A DNA stretch of 64,000 nucleotides from positions 55,988,001 through 56,052,000 of the forward strand of contig NC_087437.1 in the NCBI RefSeq assembly GCF_036321535.1, written 5' to 3'. The notes under the pieces were generated by a model. The model was not told the origin of the DNA. It did not search any database and saw only the letters and a program-made list of their open reading frames with translations. Shown one piece after another: positions 53,517 to 64,000 of this stretch; position 1 is the stretch's first letter, and each line of letters begins with the position of its first letter. Position numbers and translations under genes: made by a program. The DNA is from Camelus dromedarius (lineage: Eukaryota).

Positions 53517-53620
53517 TATAAATATAAATATAAATATAAATATAAATATAAATATAAATATAAATATAAATATAAATATAAATATAAATATAAATATAAA
53601 TATAAATATATATATATATA
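53517..53620. repeat. (TATAAA)15 followed by (TA)7
   Basis: Fifteen perfect hexamers at 53517-53606, then TA dinucleotides to 53620. Confidence 0.97.
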
Positions 53621-54904
53621 TTCAAATTGAAGCAGTTAAAGACAACTGTCCTTAATCTTGAGCTACTCGTGTGCTTTGGCAGGAGTACACTCTGGATTTT
53701 GAGAGCCAAGAGCTTCCTGTTTCCTGGAATCTTGACAAGAAAGAGAATGTGTTTAAACTATCAAAAGCCAAAACATTCCCTGAAGTTCTTTCCCGGCTCT
53801 AGGAAGTGGAATGCTGGGTAGTTCTTAAACACAGTGAAGTGTTACCTTAACCCTGCAAAGACGAGGGAGTTACTATCATGACTCTGCAGAGTCAGAGCAC
53901 CTGATTACTGACCCACATCATCTCCCTCTCCAGGTTGACCTTGTGACCCAAGGAGGATGAACGTTAAGTTGTTGCTGACACCTGTCTGTGGTCCCAGAAT
54001 CAAATAAAGCTGTATATTTCCAAAGGGACTGTAATCCACAATTCTGGTCTCATTGATCTGAGGAAAAGGAAACCTACAGAGAAAAGATGACATGCCTAAG
54101 GCTGCACTGGCTGCTTGGATGGGCACAGAGATGAGAAACAAGGTCTTTGAGTCGAGGTAAGGACACACCATGATGTCTTCTCCTAGAAACTGTACAAAGG
54201 AATCTTGACTCTAACTCAGCAACGATGATTCATTTGATCAATAATTCCGACTACCTCAAAGGAACTCTGAAGACAAGGTTAAAACTCCCCTCGAGCTCAC
54301 TGTTTTTGGAGAAAGGGTTTCTCATCCTAAATGGTGGTTTAAAATACAATTTTAAAACTCTCTGCCTCAAGGTGGTACTAAAAATGTCTAAGTATCCCAT
54401 ATTCACCACTGAATCTTTAGTTAGGGGTTGCTACCTGAAAAAAATAAAAATAAAAAAAAGAGAAAAACAAAAAAGGTAGGAAAACTTTCCTGACTGTTTT
54501 CCGCTCTGGTTGATTCTGACTCAGCCCCACTGGCATGCGTGAGTCAACGGTTTGTGTCAAACACAAATTCCAGCCCAGTGCCCTCCATCCAACGTGTTCT
54601 CATTCCTGAGCCTGACAGCAGCACTGGTCTCCTAGCAACACTGCACATTTTCTCTGCCTAGTCATCTGTAGCAATTGGCTGTTTTTCATGGTTCTCCTTC
54701 TCTCGTTCTCAATCCAGACAAACCAAAAACCTTCTATCCCATCAAAGGGAACAGAGGTCTAGAATCAAAGCTGGAAAATCAGTTGACGTTGAATATTTTT
54801 CTCTCCTGTGCTAAGTCTCCCTCTCTCCTTTTCTCTAATCTCTTTTCTGTCTCATGCTCAAGTACACACACACATCAGCAAACAGAGTGGTCTTGATGTC
54901 TATT

Positions 54905-55115
54905 CCAAGTAATGGCAGTATTGTCCAGTACAAAAAACATGGAATGCTCCTTACCTAGTGGTAAACCTAGGAATGTCTCTTCACCTCCTTAATGGCCCCA
55001 TCAGGTAAAAGGGGGGTGGTAAATAGCCCCCTCACAGAGTTTTTGTGAGACTCAAAAGATGTAATGAATAATAAAGGGTTCTGAAACAAAAAAGACTGCA
55101 CAGATAGCAGTTATT
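54905..55115 (+). mobile_element. MIR SINE
   Basis: cctcacagagtttttgtgagactcaaaagatgtaatg. Confidence 0.5.
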
Positions 55116-56364
55116 ACATTCACTGAACTAATTTTAACAATAAGCAAAGGCATATTTTTAGATACATATTTACGAAGAAAAACAAAGGAACAAGTTGTGA
55201 AAACTAGTCATTATTCACTCAAGATCAAAGTTCCTTGATATCATGACATGACTGGAATGTATCCCCTCTTCTTCATCCAAATTCCAAGTTTAACCAGAGC
55301 CTCCCAGGGGTCTACAGCAAGTACTGATTGAAACTGATGGGAATATGAGACCAGGGAAAGCAAAATGTCATCAAATATAACAATTTTCAGATGGTTCCCA
55401 AATGCCCCTGTTGGTCCAAGATGAATCAATAGAGGGCCCTTCCATTTGCCTCCAACATCGCTCATGCTACCACGGAGGTACTGACGGGTAGCTACCTGGA
55501 ACCCTCTCCATCCCCTTCCTCAAGAGGCAATACCCTATAATGAGTTTGGAAGAAGGCTGGGTGGAGAAATACCCAAAGGAGAGAGGAACTTGGTCCATCC
55601 TCAAAATCCCCGGACTATAAACTTCACAAATCCAGAGATCAAGTGTGTTTTGTTTGTTCATTTATTTGTTTTATTTTCAAATCATCATTGTGTTTTCATT
55701 GCTTACAACAGGACCTAATCGTTGGTAACCTTTGATAAGCATTTGTTGAAAAATGGAAGAATTCAGTAGTCTGGGCTGTGTTTTGCTTGCATTTATGATG
55801 AATTTGATTAAAACTGATATGATTACTGCTATTAAGCAAGAAAATGCGTGTCCATCATTTGGCATTTCATAAGATCTGAATAAACGGGAGCTGTCATTGT
55901 TTCGTCCAAATCAAGCGTCATTCATTACCACCCGCTAAAGGCAAGTGATTAGAGGGAGTCACGCACAAGGAGCTTTATGATCTAGCAAAGGAGACTGACA
56001 AGCAGTAACAGCCCCAGGAGACAGGAGATTATACACCAAGACTAACAAGCAAACATGTCAACAAAATGGAAAGGGCTACAGACAGCAATTTCAAGTATTC
56101 CCACCCTCACTCTTAATTTCATAGAGAAGGCTTAGTCTCCTCAGATCTGACTGCATATCCAGGCTTTTTATTTGTTTGTTTTTTATTTATTCTTTACAAG
56201 AGCATCATTTACTTCTACAAACCAAGACTTTGCACTTTCAGAGAAGGAGCAAAGAAAGCAGGGTGTATGCCCGGATATTCTTAGTCAAAGGGTGCAAGAA
56301 TGGTCAGACAGCTCTCTTGGACTTTCCATTAGAAGGTGCAGGAGGGTGAAAGGAAGGTTTGCAT

Positions 56365-56590
56365 GGAGGCTGAATGTGCAGCGGTTGGAGGTGTGGGCTC
56401 TTGAGCCCAAATGCACACCAGACTCCAGTCCTGGATCAGCCACTCACTAGCTGTGTGACGACGGACATCAGCTTAAACCTCTCTGTGCCTCAACAATCCA
56501 CTGTGTAAAGTGGGGACATGACAGCACCTACCATAAAGGATTATTGTGAGAATCAAGTTAATACACATAAGCACAAGTGAGCAATAAGTC
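56365..56590 (+). mobile_element. MIR SINE
   Basis: gccactcactagctgtgtgac...cttaaacctctctgtgcctca...ggattattgtgagaatcaa. Confidence 0.8.
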
Positions 56591-56854
56591 AATTTAAATT
56601 TTCTTTTTATTAGGATATGACTTGGCAGCATCCCTTGAGACACACGTCCATAGCTCATAACACCTTACTTCCTTAACAACCGGTCTTCCTGGGACTGAGA
56701 GTTCACTGATGTCCCAAAGACACAGAAAGACACTGCCCAGTTGGCATCTCACTTTCCACCTTCTTAACTGAGTATCCACCAACAGACATGGGGCTAGGAA
56801 CTGGCATACAGAAATAAGCAAGACATTGAACTTCCTCTTTCTTAATTCATAGAC

Positions 56855-57075
56855 GAGGTAGTATGCTTAATGGCAAAAAATATCGGCTTTAAGGCAGATA
56901 GATCTGATTGTAGAATACTGCCCATCACTGACTAAATGCGTACCTAGTTTTCTCATTTACAGTGGGCAGGGAGGGTGTTAATAGCAATATCAGATATTTA
57001 TGATAGGCTATTTAAGTAATGTATGAAGCGTGATTAGGATAGTGCTTAGACTATAAAACTATTCAATAAATAACT
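56855..57075 (+). mobile_element. MIR SINE
   Basis: ggctttaaggcagatagatctg...cctagttttctcatt...atagtgctt...tcaataaat. Confidence 0.55.
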
Positions 57076-58589
57076 TCACTGCTAGTATAACATAGTAGAG
57101 AAAGGCAGGTTACATATTACACTTACAGTAAAGGCAGAAAAAATGAATGGAGAATGGACGGGTGAGGTAACTGGCTATATAGTCCTGAAAATCAGTTCAG
57201 AGAGCAGCATTAAGGCCTGACCAGGAAAAAGGAGAGAATGGACAAAACCACAGACACATAACTGAGCGTGAAGAATTCCAAGAAGAAAATGTAGGCATAA
57301 ACAGCGGGCAGTGAGGCTGCAAAGGAAGCAGGGCAACACTGCGTGAAGAACCTCAGGGGTCATGATGAGAGTTTTCAGTCTTTATCTCATTGTCTCCAGA
57401 TGATCTTGATGACAAACCTGGAACAGAATGCAATCTGAGCAATCTTTATAACCCCCATTATTGGTGGCCACTGTAAAACTTGAGGGGAAAATCATTTAAA
57501 ATATGAAAAAATGTCTGTGAGGGAGAAATACGGGAGAACAAAGTTAAAATAAAGGCCTTCCCATTGACTGGATTCACGGACACCTTCCAGAACCTCTTCA
57601 TCAAAGAAAAGAAGTATTCTGATGTTTCATTCCTGCACAGGCAATAATTTACTTCAAAAGAAGTCAGAGTTTCGATCACCATGCTTGTGTGAACAGCTGT
57701 AGTTGGCATTCATACCCAGTTAGACTATCCAGTGCTTCTGACAGTGATGCCAAGCAAACAAAAGGCACTCCTGTGCCTCAGGTTCTGAGTTTCCTGCATA
57801 ACAGGAAAAGCATATATGTTCCTGTCTGTTCAGAGGGCTGTAGAAATTATCAAAGATGAGATTATAGTATTGTGCATTTCAACTAAAGTCTTTAAGTTTT
57901 TTTATCTGATTTATTTTTCTTACTTTGGTATTAGTTCATATATAAAAATACAGCTTCACGTCACCACTGACCCCAAAATAAGTGGCTATAACAGAAGGGC
58001 TTCTGACATCGACTTGTATATGCTTACAAAGCTGAAAATGAGTATAAATGGAAAGAAAGAGAGTGATTTGAAAAGAGGAAAGGGCCTTCAAATTTTTCTC
58101 AGGGAAATGGGTCTGATTCCTAAAGTGAACTACCATTCAGTTTGACTATTTTCTCCTCTTCAGGCCTAAGAGGACAAGAAACGCTTTCTAAGCCCATCGT
58201 TCCCGTCCGGAGGAGAAGCACCGTGACTCCCCTGCCAGCACTGTCCATGCCTGCCATGGGCATCATCATTTTGTATTGCATCATTTTCCTCAAAATCTTG
58301 AAATGACAAATTCACTTTAAACCAACTCTACTTTAGAAGAACATCAACTAAGTTACAATATGAAACGCAGTAAAACGGAAGTGATTCAGAGTCAGTGGGG
58401 TGGTAGGAAGCACATGACACCATCCACCTACTCGTTCTAACACGATTCCAAGTCACGGGGTTCACAACTGTTCTGAATTGCCAAGGCATTCTAAGACAAG
58501 AGACTCAAGGCACTCAGCTACAGAGGCTAAATAAATTAATGGCTAAAACATTGGCCGCCTTGTTGTGAGATGAATCTTGGCTGCACGTC

Positions 58590-58765
58590 GATTATGCCTT
58601 TTCATAATTGTATGAATGTGCAGAAAGCAGCCTTGGTTTCCCTATTTGTGAAAAGAGAAGAAGAATGCCTTCCTCAAGATTCTTACGAGGAATGAATGAG
58701 TTTATGAAAGCAATGTGCTTAGCAGATGCCTTGCATAGAGTAAATGCTCAAGATGGATGATTTAT
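58590..58765 (+). mobile_element. MIR fragment
   Basis: gccttggtttccctatttgtgaaa...gtgcttagcagatgccttgcatagagtaaatgctcaa. Confidence 0.6.
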
Positions 58766-59519
58766 CACTACTAATATCTATAAGGGAAAATGAAGAATTA
58801 CTTTCAGTAAGAGACTATACACACACACATTTTTTAACAAAAACTGAAATTTCATTGTAATCATATTTTGGTTAAAGAACATAATACTCCAAGTTTAAGA
58901 GAATCATGGAACTTAGCAGTATTCACCTAAAGTCATCAAAACTGAGCAACTAATAAGGGTGCCCAGTGACTTTCTCTTATGATAAAATTGATTTTCTAAA
59001 GTCTTGAAAACCCAATTATGAAAATAATTTGCAGCGTTCCTTCTTCAGCATAATTCAGCCAAGATCACAAATGCAAAATATCTTACGCATTTTAAAGGAA
59101 AGACAAGGAGAAGAGGTGGGATGCTCAGGGAGCAGTCTGAACAGCAGGAAACACTAAAGTCATCAGATGTGTTAGGGAAGAGGTGTGCCTCATGCATCCA
59201 CATCAAAGGAAGAAAGCCCACACCCTTTCTATTTTGGATAAGGAAAAGGAATCCACTCCCTGATGTGTTCTTTTCCACTAAAAACTACAGCCTGCATAAA
59301 TTTCCCCAAGGTTCAAAAAAAAAAAAAAAAATCCACATGTGCAAAAAGGACCAAACCATTTTCAAAGGGTTTTTAAATGTTAATCTTTCAAATGGGGGGA
59401 AAATGAGGGGGTAGCAATTACATCTGTCATCAAGGGATCCTCCCTTCTAAAAATGTGTAATTGTGGTGTGGCCCGTCCCATCACAGGCATAAAAAGCAGC
59501 TCTAAATAAAAGTTCTTAC

Positions 59520-59666
59520 AAGGGTGGGTATGGCTCACTGGTAGAGTGTAGGCTCAGCATGCACGAGATCCTGGGTTCAATCCCCAGTAACTCTGTTATA
59601 AATAAATAAATAAACTTAATTGCCTCCACCCACCCCACCCAAAAAAAACAAAAGAAATTTTTAAAA
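59520..59666 (+). mobile_element. Camelid tRNA-derived SINE (Vic-1 type) with TSD
   Basis: ggtatggctcactggtagag...gcatgcacgagatcctgggttcaatccccagta; tail aaataaacttaattgcctcc; TSD aaataaaagttcttac (59504-59519) / aagtaaaagttctttc (59667-59682). Confidence 0.9.
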
Positions 59667-61074
59667 AAGTAAAAGTTCTTTCTAAAATCAACTGTGTATA
59701 AAAATTCCCTAGGCACCCATAGAGACCTAGTCCATCCTCAAATCATGTATAGCCTTTCAGAAACTTTTCGGATTAACATCAAACATTTTCTTTCCCCTTT
59801 TGCCAATTGCACTCAAGAGCAACGCTGGGCTCCATATAAGAGAATCCTGCCTTGCCTTGCGGCTCCCACTTGGCTTGTATTTGTGTTCAGACAAAGTAAT
59901 CAGCTTGTTTGAAAATGAAGTAAACAATAACCACAAACTTGATTGGAATTTTGAAATGGGATTTCAAATGTTTTCATTATAATAACAATTAATAGGTTTA
60001 AAAGCCTTTTAATGTGCTCCATGCACATTATTTTGAAAAAAAAAATTGTCTCAAATTCAAAAGATAACTTGTTAAAACAATTTGAGTTGTTAGTGAGAAG
60101 ATGATTTGAAGAGTGGTGTGATCCCTCAGTGACTTAGCTCTGGTCAAGCAGCTATGAAAGGGCAGATCAGGATCTCAATCAACCCATGAAGTTCGGACTC
60201 AAATGAGCTGATTGTGTATACTGTGTAGATAGCTAGAATTCCTGAATAATTCCTCATCATTCACTTCCAGCAAAACCTCCTCAACGTGTCTGCAGCAAAC
60301 AAGCTTCAGACTGGGAAGATTTCATAAATAAGAGATCTCTACCAACAAAGGGAATGTGGGTGACAATCCAATGAGTTTTCTTTTTTTTTTTAACCAAACT
60401 TTGCAATGATTTAAAAACAGTATTCAAATAGCATTCTCCATCATCTAAAACATAAATAGTGCTATTTTGAGTCTAAGTTACTCAGAAAGTTGTCTTAATT
60501 TGCTCCATATTTTGTCTGGAAGATATACCGTTAGTCTTAGGTTGTATTATTTACCTACAAGTCTTAAAAGCTTATTGTAAAAGGAGGGAAACTCAACTGT
60601 GAAGACTCTGTAAAAGCCAAAGACCAATTGAAAAAATGAATAATTATGGATGTTAAAAGTAAAACTGTTATTCTAACCAATGGTCTTACACTTTTAGAAT
60701 CTTATTAAATGTGAAAAATAATATATAAAAATATGTCAACTCTATAAAATGCCTTTATTCCATTTCTTTATTTTCCCTTTAAGACAACAACATGACACAA
60801 TACAAAACACACAAGCTTTGGAGTCAGACTTCTTCAAATTTTTCTCAGTTGAAGTTTCTGAGCTGCAGTTTCCTCAATCCTAGAAGAGAGCTAGTATCTA
60901 CCTCACTGCTTTTTCATTCAGGTTTTTTTAAAATGATGCTTTTTTGGAGAAAAAGACATAGGATTATGTGAATCCCAAATGTTGAATTGGAGAGCATATG
61001 TAGTCTTGGCTTAAGGAACTTTATTTGGGGCTTAAAGAACTTACATATGAATTTTTCTTATGTTGCTCTTGGTG

Positions 61075-61195
61075 AAACGCTCTCATTTCACAGATGTAAC
61101 AACTGAGGCTCCAAAAAGAATCATGACATTTTCAGGGTCACAGTTAACTGAGGAGAAGGAGCTAGAACCTGGTGCTCTCTGCTGCACAGCATTGC
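61075..61195 (-). mobile_element. MIR core fragment
   Basis: ctcatttcacagatgtaacaactgaggctcc...ggtcacag...gagctagaacctgg. Confidence 0.65.
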
Positions 61196-61937
61196 CTAAT
61201 GATGCAGTCATTTGTGATGTCTGCTGTTTTTATGGAGAGTTTTAGTGTAACCACAAGGGCCAAAATGATGACATACCTATATTGGTCAGTGCACACATAT
61301 TTAAAGACAGCTAACCCCCAAGATGCTACAAGTCTCTGGATATATGCGGTTAAATATACAAGCTTTCAAATGGAGAACAGAAGTGTTGCCATAGCAGCAA
61401 AATGATTGATTTCTCAATTGCTAGGCAAGTGCCGGCACAAATTATCTAATCATGTGCAGCTCTATACCGTCTAATAGAGTAAACATGCTTTTTGTAAATG
61501 AATGACTCTTTAGAACTATTTCTCTTATTGGAGCTGACTGTGTATTTCCCTATTCATTGTTCAACAATTACTTTTAACCCCTTGTTTGAAAAACAGATCA
61601 GAAAATCTAGAGGGAGAAAATACTAATGTACAAAATTGACTTCTGAATTACTGACATATTTAACAAGTTTGTGAATGCCCTCCTCCATTCATTAACATGG
61701 ATTATAAAATGTGCTGTGTTTGTTGAACACTTCCTCCTTACCTTACTTAGATCTCACATTTTAAAATCCACATTTTTATATGTTCTCAGTAATTTTACAA
61801 AATTAATAACATGTAATGCTCTGATTCTTACATTTCTAGAGTAATACTTTTCCCTGGACAGGCAAAAAGAGATGAAAACATTCTATTGAGTACAGCAAAG
61901 TGTACTGAAAAGATTTTTAAAAAGTTCATTGTTCATT

Positions 61938-62304
61938 GCTGCTGAACATGGAATGTTTGTGTCCCCTCCCCCAAATTCATATGTTGAAACTCAGTCCTCA
62001 ATACTATGTTATTTGGAGGTGGCACCTTTGGGAAGTGATTAGGTCATGAGGATGGAGCCCTCATAAATGAGATTAGTGCCCTTTTAAAAGAGACCCTGGG
62101 GAGCTCCCTTGCTTTTCCACCATGTGAGGACAGCAGGAAGACAGGCTCTGAGAACCAGGAAGTGGGTTCTCATCAGACTCAGAACCTGCCAGTGCCTTGA
62201 TCTTGGACTCTCCAGCTTCCAAAACTGTGAGAAATAAATTTCTGTTGTTTATAAGCCAGTCAGTTTATGATGATCTGTTATAGCTGCCCAAAGGGACTAA
62301 GACA
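61938..62304 (+). mobile_element. MaLR solo LTR (MLT1A0-like), full length
   Basis: gaatgtttgtgtcccc...aaattcatatgttgaa...gattagtgccctt...ccttgatcttggact...gagaaataaatttctgttgtttataagcca...gactaagaca. Confidence 0.9.
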
Positions 62305-63289
62305 ACTACCAAAGCTAGCCTCCCTAAATTTACTTCCAAACTCATTATACTGTTTACTCTGACCAATGGCATCACTAACTACATCATCACCCAAGGAGCA
62401 AATGCTGACGTCATCGTCAACTACTCATTCCCCAAATTCAAACTGAATCTGTTTGACTCTAACATTCCTGACATGTCTTGTCCCCATTGCCTCCTCCTTT
62501 TCCTCACATAGAGTCTCCTAATTGGTGTCACTGGAGAGTCTCTCCCTGGATGGATGGACAGCTCAAAGAGGAACCTCTGGAGAAAGAGCCAAGCATCTAC
62601 GAAAGAACCTAAACACCACAGCATGAGGTGTCGGCTTCCCTGGGTATCACCTGGGGGCACTGCTGGCCTCCAGATGCCCAGCTCTTACTACCTCCCAACT
62701 TGCAGCAGCCCTCCCGGTTTCCTCAGCTTGCATACAGCCTGGAGGGGATCCAGTACTCCAGCTTACACAGGAGAAACCTCAGAGTTGTTACACTCATGGC
62801 TGTGCAGAGGCCTGAGGTCAAGCAATGAGACTGCAGTACACAAAGATTTCAGTTTCACAAATGGTTAGAACTAAGGAAATCATAGATCTGAACTCTTCTC
62901 CTCAAAGGTCAAGTGGGACCAACTGTACCTCATTAAATGCCAGTCCAGGGTCCAAGTCACAGGACTCCATGAGGATAAGGACAAATCTCCCCTGCTACCA
63001 GGAAGTCACATAAACCCTCTCAAATACCCAGAAATAATTTCTATTATCCTGGAAAGGAGTATGGGGAGGAAAGAGAAGATCTGACAGATTGACAATTATC
63101 CCCAAAATACTGAACTATTTTAAACAGGTAAGACCAGAAAGGTATGAGATGTCATTAATTGGCAAGTAAAAGTCCCTCTCCGTGTCCCAGCCCCTGGACA
63201 GAAGTTAATGAGGAAGGTTAGACCTGTTATGAAACATAAGCTTCAACTTATTTGCACATATGAACAGAAAGTAAATGTGAAACCCCTAC

Positions 63290-63615
63290 ATGATAATCCA
63301 CTCTTTCTTGAACTCTGCAGACTCTAATCCATCTACCCAGACCCAGTTAAAGTCACCTCTTCTTATAAGGTCACAGTCATACAAATGCCACCAAAAGAAA
63401 GAACAAATTCCCTTTCTATGCATTTTCTGCAGCAGTCTGCAAGTACCTCTATAAAAATATTATTCAAATTGTATCACTACTCTTTAAAAACATTTATCAC
63501 CTGCTTTAATATAGATTCTTCAATGCAAGGTCAATGTCATCAGTCTGCACTGTTCTGCAAAATAAATTAAACATCTTAGAACGCTGCAGGAACTCAATAT
63601 TTGGTGAATAATAGA
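63290..63615 (+). mobile_element. L2 3' fragment
   Basis: agacccagttaaagtcacctcttct...caggaactcaatatttggtgaat. Confidence 0.55.
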
Positions 63616-64000
63616 TTAGTAATTTTAAACTCTTATCTATAAAATTCTATAATGCTCCCAATATTGTGGGCTTTTGTCAGTTGTGTTTTTGAAGATGATT
63701 CTTGGGTAGAAAATGAGCGGGAAGAAAGGGCAGGGAAGTGGAAAAAGAAGACAATGACAAAAATTTTCTGGATTTCTGTAGATTAAAGGGAGAAAGGACC
63801 ACCTCACAGTGTCACAGATAACTAATCTGAAAGACACTGAATTATATTTCATTAATAAATATTAGAAATAAAGACATTCGGTCCAGATGTTTAACAAAGT
63901 CTTCAAGTGACTGTCTTCTGACTCCTCAACACATGAATTACACTGTGAAAGTTTATTTTATCAAAGCTTATGTGCTAGATTTTCAACCTGATTTTATTCA

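Noticed and set aside
53395..53709. ORFs with poly-IN / poly-IY
   Set aside because: They are translations of the (TATAAA)n/(TA)n array
1..64000. CRISPR arrays, operons or other prokaryotic-type systems
   Set aside because: The sequence is mammalian; no repeat-spacer arrays or gene-dense ORFs are present

Overview
This is AT-rich, CpG-depleted mammalian DNA, almost certainly camelid (alpaca/llama/camel). That call rests on two tRNA-derived SINEs of the camelid Vic-1 type and a matching young L1 3' end, with no Alu, B1/B2, Bov-A/BovB, PRE-1 or Can-SINE seen. I recognise no protein-coding exon or RNA gene; the ORF track is explained by chance ORFs, microsatellites and repeats. The window reads as intronic or intergenic sequence made of old repeats (MIR, L2, L3/CR1, L1M, MaLR/ERVL LTRs, hAT and Tigger MITEs), a few lineage-specific insertions with visible target-site duplications (TSDs), and unique spacers with candidate regulatory motifs. 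The best-supported structures are two nested transposon stacks at 36.9-39.9 kb, two L1 3' copies with reciprocal deletions, a perfect (TATAAA)15 array, several palindromes and a five-tract G-quadruplex motif. A minus-strand host transcript is suggested only weakly, by repeat orientation and a few splice-site pairs. I found no convincing new biological system. Repeat family names come from recalled consensus sequences, and boundaries of old repeats are approximate.
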